From assembly GCA_014905635.1 (NCBI GenBank), contig JABVCE010000040.1, positions 1-64,000 on the forward strand: 64,000 nt of DNA, given 5' to 3'. Position 1 is the stretch's first letter; every line of letters begins with the position of its first letter. Below, in pieces: positions 45,972 to 57,404 of this stretch. Below the pieces are notes generated by a model, which did not search any database, was not told the origin of the DNA, and worked only from the letters and a program-made list of their open reading frames with translations. Both the position numbers and the translations under genes were made by a program. The stretch comes from Scenedesmus sp. PABB004 (taxonomy: Eukaryota).

Positions 45972-46938
45972 ATGGCGGCCGACGCCGGCAGCGGCGCCGC
46001 CGCGCCGGCCGCGCTGCCGGCCGTGAACGAGCCGCTGCGCGCGCTGCTGGGCTCCTTTGACTTTGCGTTCACCGTCAGCGACTGCGGCGCGCCAGACATG
46101 CCCATCGTGTTTGCCTCGGCCTCCTTCTATTCGCTCACGGGCTACGCGCCGGGCGAGGTGCTGGGGCGCAACTGCCGCTTCCTGCAGGGCCCCGACACCG
46201 AGCGGCGCAAGGTGACGGCGCGACGCAGTCGCCGCCCGGACCCCTGCCCGTCCCTCGCTCCGGCGCTGTGCGCGCCCACCCAAGCGCGCCGCCGCGCTCA
46301 CGCCGCCGCGCCGCTGGGCGCCCCGCCGCCCGCCGCGCCCGCCGCGCCCGCCGCCGCCGCGTCCGCAAGGTGATGGAGATCCGCGACGCGCTGCGCGAGG
46401 ACCGCTGCTGCCAGGTCTGCCTCACCAACTACCGCAAGGACGGCAGCAAGTTTCTCAACCAGTTCTTCCTCGCACCCATCAAGGCGCGCCGCCTGACGCC
46501 CCGCCTAGCGCGGCTCGCGTTCGCCGCGCCGCGCCGCCCGCGCCGCGCCCGTGCAGCGCTGCCCGCGCGCCGCGGCGGCGCCCGCGCTCACCCGCGGCGC
46601 GCGCGCCGCCGCCGCCGCGGGGCTGTCGCTGCTCGGGCCCTCGCAGGACGGCCAGGGCATCGTCACGCACTACGTGGGCATCCAGACCGACGTCAGCCGC
46701 GTCGCGGGCCGGCTCGCCGAGGCGCCCGGCACGCTGCACGAGCAGCAGGCCGCGGGTGCGGGTGCGCACGCGCTGTCGCGGGGGCGGGGGCGGGCGGCGG
46801 CCGCACGCGCAGCCCGCTCGCGCGCGCGCGCCGGCGCTGACCTGCGCCGCGCCGCGCCGCAGTCGCGCTGGGCGAGGCGGCCGGCTGCCGCATGTGCGAC
46901 GTCGTGCTGCAGCAGGAGGCGGTGCTGCAGCAGCTGGC

Positions 46939-46969
<31 letters not shown>

Positions 46970-48042
46970 CAGGGCGAGGAGCAGCCGGCGCGGCCGCGGG
47001 AGCGCGAGGAGCAGCAGGCGCAGGGCGTGGCCGAGCAGCGGGGCCTGGCGGTCGCCGAGGCGGGGTCAGACGACGACGCTGACGTCGTTCGGGAGGAGGC
47101 GCAGCACGCGGTGCAGGTCTGCTCAGCAATTGAGCAGAGTGAGCGGCGGCTGGAGCGGCGGCGGCGGCTGCGGCGCCGGGCGGGTGCGGCGCGCCGCTCT
47201 GACCCCCGCGCGCCCGCCCGTGTGCAGGCCACCCGCACGCCGCGAGCGCGACGCTGCCGAGCTCGCTGCTGCAGCCGCTGCTCAAGATCTGCCAGGCGTT
47301 TGTGCTCGCCGACCCGCGGCTGCCGGACTGCCCCATCGTGCACGCGTCGCCCCAGTTCCTCCAGCTCACAGGCTATTCGAGGTGCGGCGCGACCGCCGCC
47401 GCCAATACTGCCGCTGCCGCTGCTTGCTGCCGCTGCGCCGCGCCGCGCCGGTGGCCCGCCGGCCGGCGCCGGCCAACGCCGCCGACGCCGCCGCGCCGCG
47501 CCGCGCCGCGCCGCGCCGCGCCGCGCCGCGCCGCGCCGCGCCGCGCCCGCGCAGGGAGGAGGTCATCGGCAACAACTGCCGCTTCCTGCAGGGCCCGGGC
47601 ACCGACGCCGAGCACGTCGCCGCGCTGCGCGCCGCGATATCGGCCGACCCCCCGCAGGCGCGCGCCGCACGCGCGCGCTCGCCGCGCCAGCGCGCCGGCC
47701 CCTGCTGCGCCGCGCGCGGCGCGCTGACGCCGCGGCCGCGCCGGGCGCCGCGCCGCGCCGCCGCGCGGGCCGCCAGGCGGTGACGGTGACGCTGCTCAAC
47801 TACAAGAAGGGCGGGGCGCCGTTTTGGAACGCGCTGCACGTCGCGCCGGTGCGCGACGCCGAGGGCAAGCTGGAGTACTTTGTCGGCATTCAGCTCGACG
47901 TCTCGCAGCCGGGGCGCGACGGCGAGCCGCAGGGTGCGCGCGGGCGAGGGAGGGCAAGGCAGGGAGGGCGGCGCGCGCACGGCCGTGCGTGCGCGGGGGC
48001 GCGTGGGCGCGCCAGGGAGGTGTCGACGGGCGCCACCCACCG

Positions 48043-48073
<31 letters not shown>

Positions 48074-48363
48074 TCGCTGTCCGCCGCGCAGCGCCGGCGA
48101 AGCTGCACCTCACGACGCGCGTCGCGCACATGGGCGCGACGGGCGCGGCGCGCGTGGCGTGCCGTGGGCTGAGCGGCAGCGCCGGCGGGCTGCGGCGCAG
48201 CATGGACCACCAGGGCCTGCCGCGGCGCGGCTACTCGCGCTCGCTCTCGCGCACCGTCTCCGGCAGCGGCGGCGGCAGCGGCGCGGCGGGCGAGGCCGCG
48301 ATCGCAGCGGCGGCGGCCGCGGCGGCGGCGGGCGGCGGAGCGCCCAACGGCGCGGCGGCGTGA
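45972..48363 (+). CDS. Twin-LOV (LOV/LOV, PAS/LOV-like) flavoprotein photoreceptor with no kinase domain
   Basis: LOV1 PDMPIVFAS..GRNCRFLQG..NYRKDG..YVGIQTDV; LOV2 LPDCPIVHAS..GNNCRFLQG..NYKKGGAPFWN..FVGIQLDV; short tail GATGAARVACRGL. Confidence 0.92.
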
Positions 48364-48398
48364 GGGCGGAGCGCTCGTGCGCATGCTCCAGCGTGCTG

Positions 48399-48403
48399 TG
48401 TAA
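48399..48403 (+). terminator. Putative TGTAA poly(A) signal of the LOV gene
   Basis: TGTAA 35 nt after the stop codon. Confidence 0.55.
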
Positions 48404-48527
48404 CGTGGTTTTCTCGACGGCTGTAGCTGCTTCCGGGCGTCAAGCGCAGGGGCAGCCGCCGAGCAGCTCGTTCCTCCCTCTGTGCTCGCGCGGCGCACGA
48501 GGCGCTCGCCGTCCGCACGCACGAGCC

Positions 48528-50619
48528 ATGGCGTGCGCCGCCGCCGTCGCTGTTGCGCTGCTCGCGCTGCTTTCGCCGGCCCTTCGCGTCTCCGCGACGA
48601 GCAGCGACTGGCTGGAGGCCGCGCCCGCAGGTGCGCGGTGGGGGGCGCAGCAGCGCTGACCGCCGCACCGCGCGCTGTTCGCCGGCGTTCGGCACGCGCC
48701 GGCAGCTTTGCGGTGGCACGCGGGTCCGCTGAGAGTCGCTGAGAGCCGCAGCAGTTATTACACGAGCGGCAGGGCGACGGGGCGCGCCACACGCGCCGTC
48801 CGCGGCGCCCGTTCGCGCAGGGCTGGGCGGCGCGCTGCCCGGGCGCTTCATCGTGGTCTTTGCGCCAGAGGCGGGGCCCGCCGACGCGGCGGCAGGAGAG
48901 CTGGTGCGCCAGGTCTCTGCGGCGCTGGCGGCCGAGGCGGGCGCCGCCGCGCAGCAGCCGCGCTGCGACGAGGGCGCGTGCTGGGTCGGCGCGGTCGAAG
49001 CGGCGGGCGCCGCCCCCGGCGTCCGGCTGCTGCGCAGCCTGGGCGGCGCGCCTGCAGCGAGCGGGGCGCGCGGCGCGGCCGCAGCGGGTGGCGGCCGCGC
49101 GGCGGCGGCGCCACCGCCGCTGCAGGCGGCGCTGCTGGAGGCGTCGCCCGCGGCGCTCGCGCACGTGCGGCGCTCGCGGCTCGTGAAGGCCGTCGTGCCC
49201 GACCGCGCGGTCGCAGCACAGGCCGGCCCACGCTGCGTAGCGGGCGGCGCGGCGGCGCTGGCGCGTGGCGTGCCCGGCACGCCGGCGCCGGGCCTCGCGT
49301 GGCCGCACTGCCTCACGCCCACGGCGCGGCTGCTCTGGGTCGGCGCGCCCTGCGGCGGCGCCAACAGCAGCAGCAGCGCGGTCGCCTACCGCGAGCTGCG
49401 CGCCGTCGACGCAGCCAGCGGCCGGCCGCTGACCGGCGGCGGCGGCCTGCCCTGCGTGCTGCGCCCCGACACCGCCCGGCCGCAGTGGACGCGCGCGCGC
49501 TTCGGCGGCTGCGGCGCGCCGCCCTTGCTCGTGCGGGACCTGCCGGCGCGGCTGTGCGCGCCGCCCCGCGCGCCCGCGCCCGCGCCCGGGCAGCAGCCGG
49601 CGGCGCTGCCCCGCGCGCCGCTCGCGCCCGGCGACGCGGTGCCGGCCGGCGTCGCCGCGGTCGAGGCGGCGAGCGCGGCGCGCGGCGTGGTCGACGTCGA
49701 CGCTGCGCCGCGCGCGGGCCCCGGCGGCGGCCGGCTGTCGGTCGCGGTCGTGGACAGCGGCGTCGACGGAACACACCCCGACCTGTCGCTCGTCGGCGGC
49801 GCGAGCTGGGTGGAGGCCGCGCCGGGCGTGCCGGGCGACGCCGCGGCGCACGACACCGACGCCTACGGCCACGGCACGCACGTCGCGGGCATCGTCGCCG
49901 CGCGCAACAACGGCGCGGGGCTGGTCGGCGTGCTGCCGGGCGCGCCGGTCGTGTCGCTCAAGGTCCTCGACGGCGCGGGGCGCGGCGCGCTGAGCAGCCT
50001 GCTCGCGGCGGTCCAGTGGGCGTCGGGGCCGGCCGGCGAGGTGGCGGGCGTGGGCGTGATCAACCTCTCTCTCGCGTCCTTCGCCGACCCGGCGAGCGCC
50101 GACTGGCCCGACACGCTCGCGGCCGTGTGCGGCGTGTTTGCCGAGGCGAGCGACGCGGGGATCGTGGTCGTCACGTCGGCCGGCAACTACGGCGCCTCGC
50201 TGGCCGGCTACCTCCCCGCGTCCTGCCCGACCGTGGGCGTCGCGACCGCGCTCGACGCCGGCGGCGCGCCCGCGGGCTTCAGCAACTGGCTGCCCGCCGC
50301 CGCGCCGCCGGCGGAGCGCGCGCGCGTGCTCGCGGTGCCGGGCGTCGCGGTCAACAGCACGCTGCCGCGCGGCGCCGCGGCGTCCGGCTACGGCGTGCTG
50401 TCTGGCACCAGCATGGCGAGCCCCCACGTCGCGGGAGCGGCGGCGAGCTGCGTGCTGTCGGGCGCCTGCCCGCGCGCCGCCAGCGGCGCCGCCAAGCTCG
50501 CCGCGCTCGTCGCGGCGTCGGCCGCGCGCGCCGCCCGCGCGCCGGCATACGGCCCGCCGCCAGCGACGAGCGCAGCGAGCGGCAGGCACTACGGCGGCCT
50601 CGTCTGGGCTGGCTTCTGA
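48528..50619 (+). CDS. Secreted subtilisin-like (S8) serine protease
   Basis: Signal peptide MACAAAVAVALLALLSPA; catalytic triad VAVVDSGVD, HGTHVAG, GTSMASPHVAG; oxyanion SAGN. Confidence 0.93.
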
Positions 50620-50645
50620 GGCGGGGCGAGGCCGAGGCCGCTAGC

Positions 50646-51869
50646 TCACCGCTTGTTCAGTATGCTGAGGCCCTTGTGCACCTTCAGCACGCGCCGCACC
50701 GTGAACGAAACGCGCTCGCCGCCGCGCGGCAGCGTTGCCGCGCCTCCGCCGCCGCCGCTGTCGCCGTCTCGCTGCTCGCCAGCGCCGCCGCCGCCGTCTC
50801 GCTGCTCGCCAGCGCCTGCCGCTGCCGCCGCCAGCGCCGCTGCAGCTGCACCGCCGCCGTCCGCCAGCTGCGCGAGCGCCTCTGGGTTGACCAGGCTCGC
50901 GTCCAGCCGCTCCTCGGTGACCTGGCGTGGGTGGGCAGGCGCGCCGGCGCGGCGGCGTCGTCCGGGGGGCGGAGAGGGGGGGGGCAGCGCGGCGCGGCGC
51001 AGGCGGGCAGGTCGGCGGGCAGGCGTGCAGGCAGCGCGCGCCTCCTCAATGCCGTGCAGGCAGTCGTGGTATGCGTCGTCGCGGAACACCAGCAGGCTGC
51101 GCGGCAGCGCCAGGATCGACGCGACCGGCGGCGCGCCGCCGGTGCCGCCTGGCCGGCGGGCGCGGCGCGGGCGGCGTGAGCCGCGCGCCGCGCCGCACGG
51201 CTGCGGCGCGGCGCGGCCGCGCACCCTCCGGGGCCTTGCGCCAGAAGCGGAGCACCGCGGGCGCGCCGGCGCTGACGATGCAGACGGCCGGGTGGTACAG
51301 AGGGCCATCCTGGTGCGGCTGCGGCGACGGCGGCGGCGGCGCCGGCGGCGGCCGGAGCGCCGGCGTTGGCAGTGACGGCGGCGAGCAGAGCCGTTGATGG
51401 CGGGGCGGGCCAACGTGAGCCGTGCGCCGCATCTCACCATGATGCCGCAGCCGGGGGGATATGCGTTGATCAGCACGTGGTTTGGCGCGCCGCCGTCCCC
51501 AAACAGCCCCGGCGCCGCGTCGCGCAGGCGCGCCGCGAGGCCCTCGAGCCAGCGCGGCATGGGCGCCGGCGCGAGGCCCTTTGCGTGCACGAGCCCGCCG
51601 TGGTTCTGCAGCCGCCGGCCCGACAGCTGCGGCCGCGGCGCGGGGCGGCGCGGGGCGGCGTGGCGTGGCGCGCGCGACCGTTGGCGCGGCAGGGCACCGC
51701 CCAGGCGCGCACGCCGCCGCCGCACCTGCACCCACTTCGCCCTGCTGCTGTGCACCTCCGCCAGCAGGCGCGCCTCCTCGTCGGCGCTGAGAAAGTCGGG
51801 CACGTAGAACAGGCTGGCCAGCACGCCCGCACCGACCTGGCGCCCCGCGAGCACGCCGGCGTCGGCCAT
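50646..51869 (-). CDS. ALKBH6: AlkB homolog 6-like 2OG-Fe(II) dioxygenase
   Basis: FYVPDFLS, LSGRRLQNHGG, NHVLINAYPPGCGIM/PHQDGP (HxD), PRSLLVF..YHDCLHGI, RVSFTVR. Confidence 0.9.
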   Translation of the reverse strand: MADAGVLAGRQVGAGVLASLFYVPDFLSADEEARLLAEVHSSRAKWVQVRRRRARLGGALPRQRSRAPRHAAPRRPAPRPQLSGRRLQNHGGLVHAKGLAPAPMPRWLEGLAARLRDAAPGLFGDGGAPNHVLINAYPPGCGIMVRCGARLTLARPAINGSARRRHCQRRRSGRRRRRRRRRRSRTRMALCTTRPSASSAPARPRCSASGARPRRVRGRAAPQPCGAARGSRRPRRARRPGGTGGAPPVASILALPRSLLVFRDDAYHDCLHGIEEARAACTPARRPARLRRAALPPPSPPPGRRRRAGAPAHPRQVTEERLDASLVNPEALAQLADGGGAAAAALAAAAAGAGEQRDGGGGAGEQRDGDSGGGGGAATLPRGGERVSFTVRRVLKVHKGLSILNKR

Positions 51870-52281
51870 CCGCGGTCGCGCTGCGCCGAGCGCAGCAGCA
51901 GAGGCGGGGCAGCAGCGGCGGCGGCGGCGGCGGTGGCGGTGACAGCGTTAGTGACCAGGTGAGATCGACGCGGGCGGCGTGTGTGCGCGGCCACGCGGCG
52001 TGCGGGGACAGGAGCGCGGCGCGGCACCGCCGCCGTCGTTTTGTCGCGACGCCGGCTGGCGGCGTCCCCTGGGGGCCACGCCGCGGCTGCGGGGGCTTCA
52101 GACCGCATCACGCGTGCTTCCGGTCCCACCCCGCCGACCCCACGCCCAGCGTTCGCGCGCGCAGCCCGGCCGGCGGCCATCGACAGGCGCCCCCGCGCCA
52201 GCACGCAGCAGCGACCCCCGCAAACAGCCGCGCTTGCGTGCGGCGCCTGGCGCCTGCGAGCCCCCGCGCGCACCGGGCGCG

Positions 52282-55200
52282 ATGGGCAACAAGCGCAAGC
52301 ACGCGCCGGGCAGCGGCGGCGCCGGCGCTGGCGGCGGCGGCAAGCGCAAGCAGTTCAGTCGGCCCGGCAAGGTGGGCTGCGGCGCGGACGACTTGCCCTT
52401 CTAGCGGCCAGCTCCCGGCGCGGCGGGGCGCCCGCCCGCGGCCCGGCAGCCGCCCACCGGCGGCGGCGCGGCGCTGCTGTCGCAGGGCGGCGGCAAGCAC
52501 GGCGGCAGCGGCGGCAAGCAGGCGCAGGACGTGCCGCTGCCGGACGCGTCCGGCGACGAGGAGGCGGAGCTGGACGTGGGCGAGGAGGACGTGGCGTTCG
52601 TGCAGCAGTACGGCTCCAGCCTCGGCTTCCTGCGCGACCTCGACGCGGCGCAGCTGGACAAGTGCGCGGCGCCGGGGGCCGGCGCGTGCGTGCGCGCGCT
52701 GCCCGCGCGGCCGCGCCGCTGACGCGCGCGTCGGGACGCGCCGGCGCAGGGCCGTCAAGGCGAAGCAGCAGCAGGCCGCGGCGGCGGCGGCGGCCGCCGA
52801 CGGCGGCGACGGCGATGACGGCGGCGGGTCAGAGGAGGAGGGCGCCGCGGACTATGAGCGCCGCCCGCGCGCCGTGGAGAAGGCGCGCGGCGCGGCTGCG
52901 CGGGCGCGCGGCGCCGAGACGCGGCCCCAGCCCCGGCAGCGCCCGCGCCGGGCCGCCGCCCTCGCCGCCCACGCGCCCGCGCCCGCGCCGCCGCGCTGCG
53001 CCCCGCAGGAGGCCAAGGCCGCGTCGCGCGGGCTGCCCGTGAAGACGCCGGACGGGGAGGTCGTGTTCCAGCGCGCCGGCGGCCCCGCGGCGCCGCGGCC
53101 GCTGCCGGCGGTCAAGCTGAGCGTGGAGGGCGTGGAGATACAGGACACGGTCGCGCTCGAGAAGGCCGCGGCGCGCGCGGCGGCCAAGGAGGCCGCGGCG
53201 GCGGCCGCGGCGGAGCGCCGCGCGGGCGCCGCGGCGCGCGCGGCGGCGGCGGCCGCCGCCGCCGAGGCGGACGGCACGAAGCAGCAGCAGGGTGCGGCGC
53301 CGCGCCGTGCCGCGCCGCGCGCGCCGGCCAGCGTGCTCGCAGCTCGCGGCGCGCTCACGCCGGCCGCCCCCGCGCCGCCGCCGCCGCTGCGGCCCCGCAG
53401 GCGACGGCGGCGTGCCGCCCGCGCTGGCGGGCCTGCTGTCGCTGCAGGACACCGCGGCGCGGCGGGAGGCGCTGAAGCAGCAGATGGCCCTCGCCGCGCA
53501 GCACCTGCTCTCGGCGCCTGAGAAGCACGTCACCCCCGGCCTGCGCCTGCTGCTCACCTGCGCCGCCGACAGGCGCGTGCCGCGCGGCGGCCGCCCGCCG
53601 GCAGCAGCCGGCGGCGCCAGGCGCCTGGCGGCCTCGGCGGCCGCACGGCGCGCCCGCTGTCCGCCGCGGGCCGCCAACGTCGCCGCCGCCGCGCCCGCCG
53701 CAGGGACGGGCACGTGTCTCGCCTGGGGCTGCTGTCGCTGCTGGGCGTGTTCCGTGACCTGCTGCCCGGGTACCGCATCCGCAGCCTCAGCGAGCAGGAG
53801 CAGGAGGTGCGCGCCGAGCCCGACGGCCGCCGCCGACGACCGCGTGCCGCCAGGCGCCCCGCCCTCCGCCGCCCCGCGCCGCTCCGTGCGCGCCGCGCCC
53901 TCCGCCCCCGCCGACGCGCCGCGCCCCGCCGCGCACCACCACGCCGCGCACCGCAGACGCGCGTGAGCAAGGAGGTTGCTGCTCTGCGTGACTACGAGCA
54001 GGCGCTGCTCAAGGGCTATCAGACCTACCTCAAGTCCCTCCTCGCCGCGGCCACGCCCCGGCCGGCCGCGCCCGGCGCCGCGCCGTCGGGCGGCGCGCTC
54101 GCGACGCAGCGCGTCGCCGTGCGCTGCATGGGCCAGCTGCTCGTAGCGCGGCCGGGGTTCAACTACAGCAGCGACCTGCTGCAGGTGGCCGGGCGCTCGG
54201 GGGGCCCAGCGTGCGGCCCGGGCGCCAGCGCGCGGCGCCGCGCCCGCCTCGCCGCGCTGATGCGGCGGCGCCTCGCCCGCCCGCCCCCGTGCGCCCGCGC
54301 CCGCGCCCGCGCCCGCGTCCCCGCAGGCGCTCGTTCCGCTGCTGCCAGGCCCCGACCCGCAGGTCGCCGAGGCGGCGTGCGGCGCGCTGCGGGAGCTGCT
54401 GGTGGAGGACGCCCAGGTGCGTGGCCGCCCAAGCCACGCCAGCGCTTGGCAGCAGCGCCACCCTTGCTCCCGCCCAGCGGCAGCCCGCCCGCGCGTCCGC
54501 ACGCGCTGGCCCCGCCTGGCACGGCGCCGCCGCCGAGCCGGCCCAGCGCTCAGCGTCGCGCTGCGCCCGCCGCCGCGTCGCGCCCCAGGGCAAGACGGCG
54601 CTGGAGGCGGTGCAGCTGGTGGCCGACCTCGTGCGGAAGCGCAAGTGCGTGCTGCCGCCGGCCGTGGTCGACGCGCTGCTGGTGCTGCGCTTCGAAGCGG
54701 TCACGCCCACCGCGCAGGGCGGCGCCGGCGCGGGCGCGGGGCGCGGCAAGCTGGTGCGCGCCCGCGGGCCGCGCCGCGCGCACGCGCGCGCCGCCGCCGC
54801 GGGCGCGCCCACCGCTGAGGCGCCGCCGCACCCGCCCCGCCCGCCCCGCCGCGTGCCCTGGGCGCAGGCCGGCAAGAAGGCGGCGCGGCGCGCCAAGCGC
54901 AAGTCGGAGCTGGACAAGGACTTTGACGAGGCCCAGGCCGCGCCCGACGCCGCGGAGCTCGCGGCGCTGCAGAGCCAGATGCTCGAGGTGCGCCGCCGTC
55001 GCCGCCGCCGGGCGGCGGGGCCCCCGGGCGCCGGGCCGCCGTCGGGCTGCTGTCGCGCCGCTGTGTGCGCTGAGCTGTGCGCGCTGAGCCGCCGCGCGCC
55101 CGCTGCGCCGCGCTGCCGCGACAGGCGCTGTTTGAGGTTTTCTTTCGAGTCCTCAAGCACTGCGCCGCCGCCACGGCCGCGCACGCGGCGCGCGGCGCCG

Positions 55201-55766
55201 CGCCGCCGGGCGCCGCCGCGCCGCCGCCGCCGGGCGCGGCCGCCGCCGCGGCCGAGCCGACCGGCGGCGCGGCGGCGCTGTCGCCGCCGTGGCCGGCGGC
55301 CAAGGTCGCGCGGCGCTTCCCGCTGCTCGCGCCGTCGCTCGTGGGCCTGGGGCGGTACAGCCACCTCATCAGCGTTGACTACTTCAACGATCTCATGGCC
55401 GTCCTGCAAGAGGTGCGGCGCGGGCCCCATCAGAGCGGCAGCACGAGCCCGGCTTGAATTCGAATTCGAGGCCCGGGGCGGCGGGGCGACGGGGTGCGCC
55501 GCGCCGCCTGCGCACGCGCCCACGCCGCGCGCCGCGCCGCCGTGTGCCGCCGCGCGCAGCTGCTCGCGGCGGGCGCGCTGCCGGCGCGGGAGCGGCTCGG
55601 CGTGCTGCTCGCGGCGCTCGACACGCTCAAGGGCCAGGGCGAGGCGCTGGCCATTGACCGGCGCGCCTTCTACAACCAGCTCTATCACACGCTGCTGCTG
55701 GCGCCCCTGGGCGTGCTGTTTGAGCCCCACGAGGGCGGCGGGCAGCAGCAGCAGGCGGGCGGCGGC

Positions 55767-55797
<31 letters not shown>

Positions 55798-56876
55798 GCG
55801 GCGACGACGGCGACGACGCGGAGGACGCGGCCGCACTCGCGGCCGCGCGCGTGGGCGCGCTGGGCTGGGAGGCGCTCGACGGCGAGCGCCGCGACGTCGT
55901 GCCGACGTCGGTGCTGCTGCTGCGCGCGCTGGAGCAGCAGCTGCTCGGCGTGAAGCAGGCGGACATGGGCCGCCTGGCCGCGTTTGCCAAGCGCCTCGCG
56001 GGCCTCCTGCTCAGCGGCGGCCCCGCCGAGGCGCTCGGCGCGGCGACGCTGCTCTGGCGGCTGATGAAGCGCAACGCCCGCCTGCTCGGTCTGCTCGAGT
56101 GGGAGGGCGGCGCGCCGGTCGGCGGGCAGCAGTTCCAGCCCGACGTCTCCGACCCGAGCGAGGCCGGCGCGCTCGCGGCGGCGCTGTGGGAGCTGCCGCT
56201 CGCGGCCGCGCACTACCACCCCCACGTGGCCGCCGCGGCGCGCGCGCTGCTCGCGCTCACGCCCGGCCTGGCCGGCGCCGGCGCCGACGGCGGCGCGGGC
56301 GGCGCGGTCGTCGGCGGCGCGGCGGGGCCGCAGGAGGTGGCCGCTGCGTACGAGGTCGCTCGGCGCGGCGGCTTCCGGCCCGCCCCGACCCCGCCGGGCC
56401 GCGGCGGCGGGCGCGCCGGCGGCGGCGTGCCTGCCGGCAGCAGCCGCGCGGGCATGGCCGCGCGGCAGGCCGCCGCCGCCGCGCCCTGGACGGCGGAGCT
56501 GGCGGACGCGGTGGCGGCGGAGGCCGTGGGCGGCGCCGGGCAGCAGGCGCAGGCGCAGCCGCCGGCGCGCCGGCAGGGCGGCAAGCAGGCGGCCGCCGCA
56601 GCGGCGGCGGCCGCGGCGACCGCGGCGGCCGCCGCGGCGGCCGACGACGTCGACCTGACGGCCGTCGCTGCCGCGGCGGCGCAGCAGTTCGTGCTGTCGC
56701 GCGCGCACGCGCGCAACCGCGCGCTGCGCCGGCAGGCCGCGGTCGCGCGGCGGCGCGTAGAGCTCATGCGGGAGCGCCTCATCGCCAGGCAGGCGGCGCT
56801 GGCGGGGAAGCAGCAGCGGCAGCAGCAGCAGCGGGGAGCGGTCCAGAAGCAGTTCAAGCACAAACGCAGGGCGTGA
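52282..56876 (+). CDS. NOC3: Nucleolar complex protein 3
   Basis: LPVKTPDG, LSLLGVFRDLLPGYRIR, VSKEVAALRDYEQALL, FNYSSDLL, LFEVFFRVLK, LGRYSHLISVDYFNDL, RLAAFAKRL, LWEL..HYHPHV (NOC3p + CBF domains). Confidence 0.92.
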
Positions 56877-56902
56877 GGCCGCGGCGGGCGCGCGGATCCG
56901 TC

Positions 56903-56907
56903 TGTAA
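56903..56907 (+). terminator. Putative TGTAA poly(A) signal of NOC3
   Basis: TGTAA 26 nt after the stop codon. Confidence 0.55.
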
Positions 56908-57404
56908 GCCGGCCGCCGGCGCCGCAGCTGACCGCGCCGCGTCGCTGTCCCGCGCGCGCTGGCGAGCTGCGCGAGAGACGAAGGCCATTTAATACGCGTC
57001 CCTCTTCACGTCTAAAGCTCACCGGGCGCCCGCGGCGTGTCGTGAAGCCAGCAGTTGCAAGCGGGGTTCCATTCGAGCCTGCCCCCGCCTCCTGTGCGCG
57101 CCCGCGCTCCGCTCCCGCCACACGCACCACCCCTGTACACACATCACCGGGCCCCCTCACCCCCTCGTGCCACGCCTCCCCGGCCGGCCGTCGCCAGCGC
57201 CCGCGCGCCGGCAACTGCACCGCATCCCCAGCCCGCCCCCGCCCGGAGAGCGCGCCACAGCAACGTGCACTCAGCACGAAAGCAAGCGAGTGTGGTGTGA
57301 ACCCCCGAGACCAGCTCGGCCGGGCCCGCCAGGCCGCAGGCGGGCCGCCCGAGCGCTCCCGCCCAGCGAACACCAGCCAGTCCCGCACCCTCCCTGCGCA
57401 CGCG

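Noticed and set aside
47490..47546. (GCGCC)n run as a functional element
   Set aside because: This simple repeat is common in introns throughout the window.
45972..48363. Phototropin
   Set aside because: No Ser/Thr kinase motifs; a stop and TGTAA follow LOV2 closely.
55454..55470. GAATTCGAATTC palindromic motif (similar at ~59092 and ~60190) as a tRNA B-box or heat-shock element
   Set aside because: It fits neither GTTCGA with a cloverleaf nor nGAAnnTTCn spacing.
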